A DNA stretch of 37,338 nucleotides from assembly GCF_006345805.1 (NCBI RefSeq), contig NW_021835917.1, forward strand, positions 1-37,338. The letters are read 5' to 3'. The stretch is from Octopus sinensis (lineage: Eukaryota). The position numbers were made by a program, and so were the translations under genes. Below are positions 11,034-21,402 of this stretch, in pieces. Position 1 is the stretch's first letter. Every line of letters starts with the position of its first letter. Under the pieces are notes generated by a model, which searched no databases, was not told the DNA's origin, and saw nothing but the letters and a program-made list of their open reading frames with translations.

Positions 11034-11210
11034 ATCCAAACAAGAAAGCACAAAAAAAAAACACAACGCGAGGACGTGGAACAAATATAGTATTATTGGA
11101 CGCTCAGGAAAGAAGGAAAGAAGGAAAGAAGGAGGGTTTAACGTTTCAAGTGGAGCTCTTCGTCGGAAACATTGGAGAAGGAAAGATCCAGAAAAGGGAA
11201 GACGAGGTCA
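11030..11210 (-). mobile_element. Short element with a hammerhead-like motif, copy 3, starting at (TA)n
   Basis: CGCTCAGGAAAG...GTTTAACGTTTCAAGTGGAGCTCTTCGTCGGAAAC. Confidence 0.65.
11136..11170 (-). ncRNA. Minimal type I hammerhead-like motif
   Basis: GUUU CCGACGA A GAGCUCCACUU GAAA CGU U AAAC. Stem I is GUUU/AAAC and helix III is the palindrome ACGU. U4>C variant with a weakened stem II. Confidence 0.5.
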
Positions 11211-11233
11211 CATATATATATAGAATAGTTAGA

Positions 11234-11472
11234 ATAGTGGTACAACAATGCACCAATATTTACTGGAAATAGCAGTCGATAATATAAGTTAACAAACGTA
11301 ATTTTGGAAGGTTCGAAACCTAGGTCCTAGGTTATCCACATCTGGGTTGTACATTTATTTAATGCTCTTCCTACAGGTAAGATGAAATCTTTTATTCACA
11401 GTGAAGCTTTACTATTACGTCATATATTATCAACTGCTATTTTCAGAGAATATTGGTGCACTGTGCCAATAT
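11234..11472. mobile_element. MITE-like element with approximately 50-bp TIRs
   Basis: 11238-11286 TGGTACAACAATGCACCAATATTTACTGGAAATAGCAGTCGATAATATA versus the reverse complement of 11423-11468, TGGCACAGTGCACCAATATTCTCTGAAAATAGCAGTTGATAATATA. Confidence 0.72.
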
Positions 11473-11862
11473 TAATAATTATATATATACATATATATAT
11501 ATATATATAAAAGTAACTATATGAAAGCATATTGTTACTTTTTTATTGTTTACGATAGTTTTCTCTTTAAACGGAGTTTGACATTTAAAGTTTGAAATGC
11601 ACATGAGTTGATGTACTGAATATTTTGGAAGTAGATGCTGCTATCTCCAACTGAAGATTGCAAAGCATGTTTTCTCATGCACAGCATGAAATCAATTGAT
11701 ACTGGGATAAGTAAACTATCTTCAAATTCCATCCTGAAAGTAGGCCTACTTTTTGAATTGTTCATTGCATTGCTCAAGTGTGTATTTATCATAGAATTGG
11801 TGGTTTTTGAAGCTTTCACTTTCATCTTTGGCAAGCAACATTTTTACCCTTCTTTTATTCAA

Positions 11863-11895
<33 letters not shown>

Positions 11896-11974
11896 AGAAA
11901 AAAGCAACAAGAATGGATTAGTTGTTCAGTACAATTGTTTCATACAAAGAACAGATTTATTGAAAGCTGCAAAT

Positions 11975-12113
11975 ATTTATGTGAGAACGCTTACTCACAT
12001 CCAAATTGATCAATATGAATGCATATATATGCACACAAACTCACACACACAAGCACACACATACACACACACACACTCACATATCTATATGTGTATATAT
12101 ATATATATATATA
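11975..12113. repeat. Direct repeat, copy 2 (partner 10871-11029)
   Basis: See copy 1; differs in microsatellite length and at one base. Confidence 0.95.
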
Positions 12114-12324
12114 TTCATCAGCCAAAACACATATGAGTTTTCCAAACATCCTAGGGGGTGAGGCTACACTCATGAAGTATCGAAGAGAGTTCTATGAAAA
12201 GCAAAGTTGGATTGTAAGCAGACTTAAAATGTTCTCTAATGATGCAAAGTTTTATATATTCACAAATATGTATATGTGCATTTATATATATTAGGCGCTA
12301 GTTCATTGGTGCTGCATAGAAGCA

Positions 12325-12545
12325 CCTGTGTCAGTAGTATGTACAAAGTATCCGGCATACTCTGTAAAGTAGTTGGCATTAGGAAGGGCATCCAGTTGTA
12401 AAAACCATACCCAAATGGAGTAAGTACAGCGCCCCAGATGGCCAGCTCCTGTCAAATAATCCAACACATACCAGAATGGAAAATGGGCATAAAATGAGGA
12501 TGATGACGATGACGACGACAATGATGAGGATGATGATGATGATGA
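12325..12545 (+). mobile_element. Family C 3' part (older) with (ATG/ACG)n tail
   Basis: GTTGGCATTAGGAAGGGCATCCAGTTGTAAAAAC...ATGGAAAATGGGCATAAAATGAGGATGATG. Confidence 0.78.
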
Positions 12546-12875
12546 TACAAACACACACACACATGCACATACACACACATGCATTATGTTTGTGTATGAG
12601 TATGTAAACATAATTGTGGAATTTTACAGGTTTTGGCACACGTCTTATGTATATAAATGCAATTTCGCTGTGAATCACGTGTCATGAATATGGGCAATGC
12701 ACATATACCTGTATAATGAGGGAACCCAGCATAAGTTTATGGGGCATGTCATTTATGCATAATGTTCATATACTGCATATAATCAATGTCCAGAGAAGAA
12801 ATTACCTGGGTTAGAAGGGGGTGGGGGTGAAACGAGAAGGATGGGGGTGGGGGCCGTGTTTGAAATATTGAAGTA

Positions 12876-13327
12876 TGATGATGATGATGATGATGATTGT
12901 GATGATGATGACAATGACGACAATGATGATGATGACGATGATGGTGGTGGTGATGATTATGATGGGGAGGAGGAGGAGGAGGAGGAAGAGGAAGAGGAGG
13001 ATAATGATGATGACGGTGATGATGATGATGATGATAGCGGTGATGCTGCTGCTGCTGATGATGATGATGATGGTGGTAACGGTGTTGGTGATGATGCTGA
13101 AGGGGATTTTGACAGGGACGGTGATGATGAGGAGGTTGTGCAGCTGTTAAGGACAATATTGATGTGATGACGAAGGTGACGATAAATGTGATGAAGAGGA
13201 TGATGACGACGACGACGACGATGACGACGACGATGATGATGACGACGATGGCAATGATGATGATGATGATGATGACGACGACGACGATGATGATGATGAT
13301 GATGATGATGATGACGACGATGACGAC

Positions 13328-13377
<50 letters not shown>

Positions 13378-13415
13378 CGATGATGACGATGATGACGACA
13401 ATGATGATGATTATG
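12876..13415. repeat. Approximately 540-bp (GAT)n/(GAC)n/(GAG)n trinucleotide complex
   Basis: Direct reading. Confidence 0.95.
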
Positions 13416-13897
13416 GTTCCAATTTGCCAGTTATCTCCACTACCACCACCACCATCACAACCGTCACCACAACCACCACCAGCCCTACCCCTACCACTCT
13501 TGCCATGTATAATTCTTAATTACTCATTCAGTAATTTTGTTCCGAATATATTTCAGTAATTTGACATTTTTAACTTTAGATTTGGTAATTATTTTAACAA
13601 AAGATTTATGAAATTCTATAAAAATATTTCCATCAATATTTGGATATTTTTTGTGTGTGGTAGTGATGGTGGTGGTAGTGATGGGGTACAAATTAACCTT
13701 ATATAAATCTTTGTTTCTCTCTCCCTTCATTACCATGCTCCTTTCTCTTTCTCTCTCTCTCTTTTCAGATTACTCTCTTTATCTCTCTAACTTTCTATCT
13801 TCTTTATTTTAAATTAAAATGTCATCTAAAACATCAATATATTTTATAGCAATTTGAAATCAAATTGCAGAAAATTCCTTATTTGAAGATTTCTCAA

Positions 13898-14070
13898 TCA
13901 TCATCATCATCACCACCACCATCATTTTCAACATCTGCTTTTCCATGCTTGCAATAGGGTGGATAGACTTCATTGATGAAGTTTTTTTTTCTTCTCTTTT
14001 TACAGCTGGATGCTCTTCCTGTCACAAAACTCCATCAGTTTCCAAACAAGATAATGTTTCCCTCTCACCA
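13898..14070 (-). mobile_element. Family C-related element (variant body) with (ATG)n tail
   Basis: (CAT)n...AACATCTGCTTTTCCATGCTTGC...TTTACAGCTGGATGCTCTTCCTGTC. Confidence 0.68.
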
Positions 14071-14484
14071 AACATTTTTCAGCAGAATATCAGAAATGAG
14101 CTACACTGCTTGTATGACAGTGACACTCATTTACAACTATCATGTGTGCTGTCAAGACATGGAGGCACAAGTGTACACATGCTCCCTCCATCCCACTTCT
14201 CCTGCTGTTGTCCCTCTCCACAGTCCTACGCCAGTCCCACTGCAGTCTTCTGCATCCCTCTATCTTCCCAAACTCATGAATCATCAGTCATCCAAGCTTA
14301 ACCCTAATCAATCTTTACAATTGCAGCCTGTCTGCTTGCCTGTCTGCCAGTCTTCTTGCCTGTCTGCCCCTCCCTTCTCCATTACCTGCTCCCCATATAA
14401 TGTTGGAACCTCCATCACCACCTGCATGCAAACATATCATCAATCATCGACCAACACTCATCAATCATCGCCATCTTAATTATC

Positions 14485-14930
<446 letters not shown>

Positions 14931-15014
14931 ACTAGGATTCTCTTCAAATGTGTAGGATAACTCAATAATTTCCTTAAATCTGGAATTACTCCCTACCACC
15001 CCTTATCACTCTGC

Positions 15015-15104
15015 AGAAAGTTCTACAGATTCTTTCGCTACGAAGAGCATAGAACCAATTTTATGCAATACATGAAGAATATATAAGAATTCTGTAAACA
15101 ATAT
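15015..15104. repeat. Direct repeat, copy 1 (partner 15415-15519), flanking SINE B
   Basis: AGAAAGTTCTACAGATTCTTTC...CATAGAACCAATTTTA...GAAGAATATATAAG...GTAAACAATAT; about 90% identical, with an approximately 15-bp indel. Confidence 0.9.
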
Positions 15105-15120
15105 ATATGTGTGTGTGTCA

Positions 15121-15414
15121 GGCGGCAAGCTGGCAGAAATGTTAGCCTTCCAGGCAAAATGCTTAGCAGTATTTTGTCTGCCATTACGTTCTGAGTTCAA
15201 ATTCTTCCAAGGTCGACTTTGCCTTTCATCCTTTCGGGGTCAATAAATTAAGTACCAGTTACACACTGGAGTCAATGTAATCGACTTAATCACTTTGTCT
15301 GTCCTTGTTTGTCCCCTCTGTGTTTAGTCCCTTGTGGGCAATAAAGAAATAAGAAACGTTAGCACGCTTGTTTGTCCCCTCTGTGTTTAGCCCCTTGTGG
15401 GCAATCAAGAAATA
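15121..15414 (+). mobile_element. Full-length SINE B followed by a head stub (AGAAACGTTAGCACGC) and a second copy of its 3' end
   Basis: GGCGGCAAGCTGGCAGAAATGTTAGC through GTGGGCAATAAAGAAATA; the 3' block TTGTTTGTCCCCTCTGTGTTTAG occurs twice. Confidence 0.92.
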
Positions 15415-15519
15415 AGAAAGTTCTACAGATTCTTTCACAACGAAGAACATAGAACCAATTTTAGGAGATACAGGAAGAATATATAAGATTGATAATATTT
15501 AGAATTCAGTAAACAATAT
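15415..15519. repeat. Direct repeat, copy 2 (partner 15015-15104)
   Basis: Offset 400 bp from copy 1. Confidence 0.9.
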
Positions 15520-15799
15520 CAGAATTTTAATAGATACAGAAAATTACATATACTCTAGGGGAGTTTTGCCATCTTGACTTTCAGGCACGCAAAAGACAGT
15601 TTGATGGATCGGTAAAAATTGTCTGTGATTAGGAAGAATGTATTGTAGAATACCAGAATTGTTCTTTGTCTTCTGTGCGTGTGTGTGTGTGTGTGTGTGT
15701 ATAGTTTTATCTTTCTACACCTATACATATAGCATATATGCAAAAATCACTATTTACTACTGGGATATCAACTGTGGGAGAGTCTATATATCATAATCA

Positions 15800-16275
15800 T
15801 AGCATTTTTCATCAATGTCGTCGTTGTCATCACCATCATCATCATTACCGCCGCCGCCGCCACCACCGCCACCACCACCACCACCACCACTGCCACCGCT
15901 ACCACCGTCACCAATATCATGATTATCGTTGTTAACATCATTGCCAACACTATCACTCTCATCACCATCATCACTGCCATCAACACTCACGCCATCAATA
16001 ACCTCATCCTCCTCTCTCTCTCCTCCTCTTCTTGCTCCCTCTCTACTTTCTCTTCTTGCCCCTGCTCTGCCTCCTCTTCCTTGCTCTCCTCTCCATCCTC
16101 CCTCTTCTCCTCCTCCTCTTGTTCCCTCTCATTTTCCTCCTCTCACTCCATCTTCTCTTCCTCCTCTCACTTCCTCTCCTCCTCATCTTGCTCCCTCTCC
16201 TTCTCCTTCCTCATGCTTCTCTCTTTTCCTTCCCTCCTCTCCTTCTCCTCTTCTCTCCACCTCCACTGCTCACTT
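15800..16275. repeat. (CAT/CAC/GCC)n tract followed by an approximately 270-bp polypyrimidine (CT/CCT) tract
   Basis: Direct reading. Confidence 0.9.
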
Positions 16276-16390
16276 TCATGATATGGTACTATATATATAT
16301 ATATCTGCGTGCGTATGTGTATGAGTGTGGGTGTGCATGTATGCGATTATATGTGTGTGTGTGTATGTGTGAGATGAGCTTTTTAAAATA

Positions 16391-16544
16391 TTTATCCCAT
16401 CTACCATATCCCTTCACAGGCTTTGGTCAGCTTGTGGCCATAATATACAAAAAACAAAAAATGCTCAAATTGCAAAACGGTGGGGTATTGAACCCAAAAC
16501 CACATAGTGTCTAAACAAAATTCATACCTACACAGCCAAGCCTA
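16391..16544 (-). mobile_element. Old, degenerate SINE A 5' half
   Basis: CATCTACCATATCCCTTCACAGGCTTTGGTCAG...TTGAACCCAAAACCACAT...CACAGCCA. Confidence 0.6.
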
Positions 16545-16737
16545 AACAGAGAAATTTATAAAGAACGAGATAAATTGCCAAACGAGAATATATTGAGAAG
16601 ATAAAGACCCAACCTCCCACTCATATTCTAAATATCATATCCCCATATATTCATATCTGTTACATTTTCATAACATACATACATACACACATACATATAT
16701 ACATATATAATTATATATGTATAACATACAAGAATCT

Positions 16738-16905
16738 ATATACGTACACCCACATATATACACTTGCAATCACATTATTGGACAGTATCCACCTATTATC
16801 CTAACAGTTATTATGGTTTAAAACATAAAACTTTGAGCAACAATAACGTATATCGGGTTTTCATTATCTATATACATACATCAACACTTAATGTTCTATT
16901 ATCTA
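16738..16905 (+). repeat. Inverted repeat, left arm (partner 19376-19560)
   Basis: GTACACCCACATATATACACTTGCAATCACATTATTGGACAGTATCCACCTAT...; about 90% match to the reverse complement of the right arm, with an approximately 16-bp indel. Confidence 0.9.
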
Positions 16906-17061
16906 AATACTGATAGACATATATATATCTATATATATATATATATATATGATTGTGTGCATGTGTGTGTTTGTGTGCATGCGTGATCATCATCATCATC
17001 ATCATCATTATTTAAGGCCCATTTTCTAAGCTGGCATGATGAATATATATATAAGTATATA

Positions 17062-17097
<36 letters not shown>

Positions 17098-17169
17098 TGT
17101 ATGTATGTATGTATGTATGTATGAATGATTATATATCATCATCATCATCATCATATATATATATACATT

Positions 17170-17249
<80 letters not shown>

Positions 17250-17531
17250 AATACATATATACATATACACATACACAGAATATAGGAAATGGGGAGATCC
17301 AGTTTTTTAGTAAGTAGTGGTTGAAGTGGATATATTTAGAAAACAGTTCTTTCTGGCTGTTGAATGCACCAGGCTTCTTATAGTCCTTAAGAATTTTTGG
17401 TTCTCTCCAGGATGCATATCTTGCACTGGCCATTATATGTGTGTGTGTATGTGTATGTTTCTGTGTGTGTATGTATGTATATATATATATTATATATATA
17501 TAATACATACACACACACACACACACATATA

Positions 17532-17736
17532 TATTTCTTTACTACTCACAAGGGGCTAAACACAGAGAGGACAAACAAGGATAGACAAATGGACTAACTG
17601 GTACTTAATTTATTGACCCCGAATGGATGAAAGGCAAAGTCGACCTCGGCTGAATTTGAACTCAGAACATAACGGCAGATGAAATACGGCTACGCATTTC
17701 GCCCGGCATGCTAACATTTCTGCCAGCTCGCCGCCT
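17532..17736 (-). mobile_element. SINE B with an internal deletion
   Basis: TATTTCTTTACTACTCACAAGGGGC...GATGAAAGGCAAAGTCGACCTCGGC...GCCAGCTCGCCGCC. Confidence 0.9.
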
Positions 17737-18014
17737 CTTGTATATATATATATATATATATATACACACTCACACACATATATATATGTATGCATGCGTG
17801 TGTGTGTGTCTAGAGATAAATAGATCTTTTTCTTTTATAAAAGGAGAAAAAACAAAACAATTTGAAAATTCCCTTGGATTCCTTAACATGATTTATTTCC
17901 ATGTATTTAACTGGTTTCACAATATTATGATTTTCAAATTTGTGAGTGTATTCATCTCTACACTGAATGGAATTTGAATATTTGCCAATTTTTATAGAGT
18001 GATCATGAGGAAAA

Positions 18015-18270
18015 TTGCCATCTGTTATGAAACAGTTTGGTTGATTGATGATGTGTGTGTGGAAAGAAGATCACGGGACAAAATGACTATGAGAGCTGTG
18101 CCAAAAATAAAACACTGCATAAGACCAGTGAATGAATCATCAAGCTGCATGGATAACAGCTGCATCTTATGTAAAGACTCCAAATGCATTTTCAAATTTT
18201 TTCAATTCTGTATTTTTTTCTATAGCAAGAAGACTCTGTGTCTGCTTCTTCCAACTTGACCCCCAGCATA
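18015..18270 (-). pseudogene. Possible highly decayed hAT (Buster/Charlie-like) transposase fragment; tentative
   Basis: Across frameshifts: MLGVK...DT...RIEK / LSMQLDDSFTGLMQCFIF / CFITDG. The order is reminiscent of MLG.K...RIE, FSLQLDESTD..GLAQLLVF and CTDG, but the spacings are short. Pattern recognition only. Confidence 0.22.
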
Positions 18271-18452
18271 AAAAATCACCTCTGTGCACTCTCAAATACC
18301 CTCTGCACATTGTCGAGAGGACTTTTGCTGTTCCAACTTCCCTTTTTTTTTCTTCCTTTTGTTGTTTTTTCCTGTCTCACAAGTTAAGTAACTTACAAGT
18401 CCTACAAGTCCCAGCGTCATGGAAACGAGAAACACTCGGTTCACATTGTAAA

Positions 18453-18530
18453 ATGGTTGATGTCAGGAAGGGCATCCAGCCATGGAAACCATGCAAGCAT
18501 GGAAAATGAACGTTAAATGATTATGATGAT
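18453..18530 (+). mobile_element. Family C 3' fragment with an internal deletion
   Basis: GTCAGGAAGGGCATCCAGCCATGGAAACCATGCAAGCATGGAAAATGAACGTTAAATGATTATGATG. Confidence 0.75.
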
Positions 18531-18591
18531 GATCATCATCGTCATCATCATCAAGGCGATGATGACAATATACATATACATAAATGCACAC

Positions 18592-18706
18592 ATCATCATC
18601 ATTATCATCATTTAACATCTGCTTTCCATGCTAGCATGGGTTGGACAGTTTGACATCAGCTGGCTTGGCAGAAGACCACACCAGGCTTTGCTGTCTGTTT
18701 TGGCAT
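18592..18706 (-). mobile_element. Family C 3' part, tail to the left
   Basis: (CAT)n-TTTAACATCTGCTTTCCATGCTAGCATGGGTTGGAC. Confidence 0.82.
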
Positions 18707-18718
18707 GAGTGCCAATCA

Positions 18719-19330
18719 GGCACTCATGCCAGTGGAACGTTAAAAGCACATCTGAATGTAGGGTGTAACCGGCCCACTCGTGAGTACCCCTCATTCATTG
18801 GACAATAAACTTTGCTTGTGAAGTCCTATTGAGGCATGTGTAAACAAATCAAAATGACTGACGTGGATGATGACAGTACTGCCTGATTGGCACTCATGGC
18901 AGTGGAATGTTAAAAGCACATCCGAGTGTGATCGTTGCCAGGGCAAGAGATTGGCTTCCATGCTGGTTACACATGAAAATCACCATTCGAATGTGATCGC
19001 TGCCAGTGTCGCCTTACTGGCACATGTGCCGGTGGTACGTGAAAAACGACATTCGAGCGTGGTCGTTGCCCGTGCCACCAGACTGGCTCCCATGCAGGTG
19101 GCACGTAAAAACACCTTTGAACATGGTCGTTGCCAGAACAGCCTTACTGGCCCTCGTGCAAGTGGCGCATAAAAGCACCCACTACACTCTCGGAGTGGTT
19201 GGCATTAGGAAGGGCATCCAGCTGTAGAAACATTGCCAGATCAGATTGAGCCTGTTGCAGCTTCTGGCTCACCAACCCTCAGTCAAACCATCCAACCCAT
19301 GCTGGCATGGAAAGCAGACGTTAAACAATT

Positions 19331-19371
<41 letters not shown>

Positions 19372-19372
19372 A
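18719..19372 (+). mobile_element. Long family C element: 5' body, five 64-66-bp internal tandem units, conserved AGGAAGGGCATCCAGC block, RTE-type 3' end and (ATG)n tail
   Basis: Units start at 18889, 18953, 19019, 19085 and 19149; tail ACGTTAAACAATT(ATG)n. No ORF. Confidence 0.88.
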
Positions 19373-19375
19373 ATG

Positions 19376-19560
19376 TTGATAGTAGAACATAAAGAGGAGA
19401 TGTATGTATAAAAGATAATGAAAACCGATATATATTATTGGTAGAAATGTTTATTGTTTCGCAAAGTTTTATGTTTTATACCATAATAACTGTCAGGATA
19501 ATAGGTGGATACTGTCCAATAATGTGATTGTAAGTGTATATATGTGGGTGTACATATACG
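19376..19560 (-). repeat. Inverted repeat, right arm (partner 16738-16905)
   Basis: See left arm. Confidence 0.9.
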
Positions 19561-19697
19561 CATATATATGCATGCGTACATGTATGCATGTCTGTATATG
19601 GACACTACTACATGCACTCTCATGTATATATACCTATATATATATGTATATATATATATATATAATATATACATATATATGTACACATGCCTGTGTG

Positions 19698-19731
<34 letters not shown>

Positions 19732-19752
19732 TGCATATATATATATACATAC

Positions 19753-19811
<59 letters not shown>

Positions 19812-20400
19812 CATATTTAAATATATATATATGTATGTGTATATACATACGTATACATATACAGAGAGAGAGAGATACATCCACATATACATATGTACAT
19901 AAATTGTTGGCCAAGATTTAATAGCATGATAAAGATATTCTAAACACTAAGTTAGGACAGCAAGTTATTAGTTGTAATGCCTTATAGCGTTATATACACA
20001 CACATAATCATATGTATATATGTATCTGTCTATATATGTATATGTGTGTATATATAAATATATATATATATATAGGTATGTGTGTGTGTGTATATATATC
20101 TATGTATATGCATACACGGATACAAGCTCGTCTATTTGTGCATTCTTGTATTCATATATATATGTGTGTGTGTATGTATACATATGTAAATAAGTCTGTT
20201 TATGTCTGTGTAAATGTCGTTATGTATTTCTTTCGAATCAATATATATACACATAACTATACAGACACACTTATACCACTACACACACACACACACTCAC
20301 ATACTCATAGACAAGCATGGACACTCACAAACCCATACAAACATTCTGACATACACACACACACACACACATATGTGTGTGTGTGTGTGTGTGTGTATTG
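19560..20400. repeat. (TA)n/(TG)n/(CA)n compound microsatellite field
   Basis: Direct reading. Confidence 0.9.
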
Positions 20401-20900
20401 ATTCCTTATTTGGGCATGAGGCCAAATATTTCGAGGAAATAACTATTGATGACAGCAAGCACCGTGGAGTGATTGTATTTACTTTATCAGTACAGGAGAT
20501 ATGAATATTACAGTCTTCCTGGGACAGCATTTGAACTCAGAAGTGGGGAAACAAACAAATAAACAAAACAAATAAACAAATAAGTTAGTGCTTAAATACT
20601 ATAATTTGATGCTAATTACATTAATCTGATGCTTATTTATTGTAATTTCGTGCGTTATTCACATAAATATTTTTCCTTATATAACATAATTATAGAAACT
20701 AAATAGTGGTATTGTAATGTTTAAATACCATAATTTGTTGCTTAAATACAATAGTTTGCAGTGCTGAAATGCTACAATTTAAAGTACTTAATTTTCATGA
20801 CATGTAGTAATTATGAATTTTAATTTGGTAGTTAAGTACCAAAATTCTATGCTTAAAAACCATACTTCATAGAGCTTATATACCATTATTCGGTTCTTAG

Positions 20901-21402
20901 TTACCAACATTTCATTCTTAAATGCCATAATTTTTCAGTGCCCGGATATAATTTGTAGTGTTTATATAACATAATCTTGTTCACCTAAATTTCACAGTTT
21001 GTAGTGCATATATATCATATATATCATAATTTAGTTCTTTACTACCAATTTTGTATACTTAAATATCATTATTTTTATTGCCTAAATATCATAATTTATA
21101 GCATTTATATACCATAAATTTATATACCGTCCAACCCAAGCTAGCATGGAAAGCGGACGTTAAACGATGATGATGATGATGATGAATTTGATTACCAACA
21201 TTTCATTCTTAAATGCCATAATTTTGCAGTGCCCGGATATAATTTGTAGTGTATATATAACATAATTTTGTTCACTTAAATTTCAGAGTTTGTAGTGCAT
21301 ATATATCATAATTTAATTCTTTATTACCAATTTTGTATACTTAAATATCATTATTTTTATTGCCTAAATATCATAATTTATAGCATTTATATATCATAAT
21401 TT
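20901..21402. repeat. Approximately 220-bp direct repeat (20901-21121 / 21192-21402) flanking a short retro-insert
   Basis: Both copies start TTACCAACATTTCATTCTTAAATGCCATAATTT; about 95% identical, with one 9-bp indel. Confidence 0.95.
21127..21185 (+). mobile_element. 59-bp, 5'-truncated family C 3' end with (ATG)n tail
   Basis: CCGTCCAACCCAAGCTAGCATGGAAAGCGGACGTTAAACGATGATGATG. Confidence 0.9.

Noticed and set aside
13973-14479. 168-aa Ser/Pro/Gln-rich ORF
   Set aside because: The start lies in an antisense C-related repeat; no recognisable motif or convincing splice sites. A real exon cannot be fully excluded.
18889-19190. CRISPR-like repeat-spacer appearance
   Set aside because: The whole 65-bp unit is homologous, there are no unique spacers or cas genes, and it is internal to a dispersed eukaryotic retroposon.
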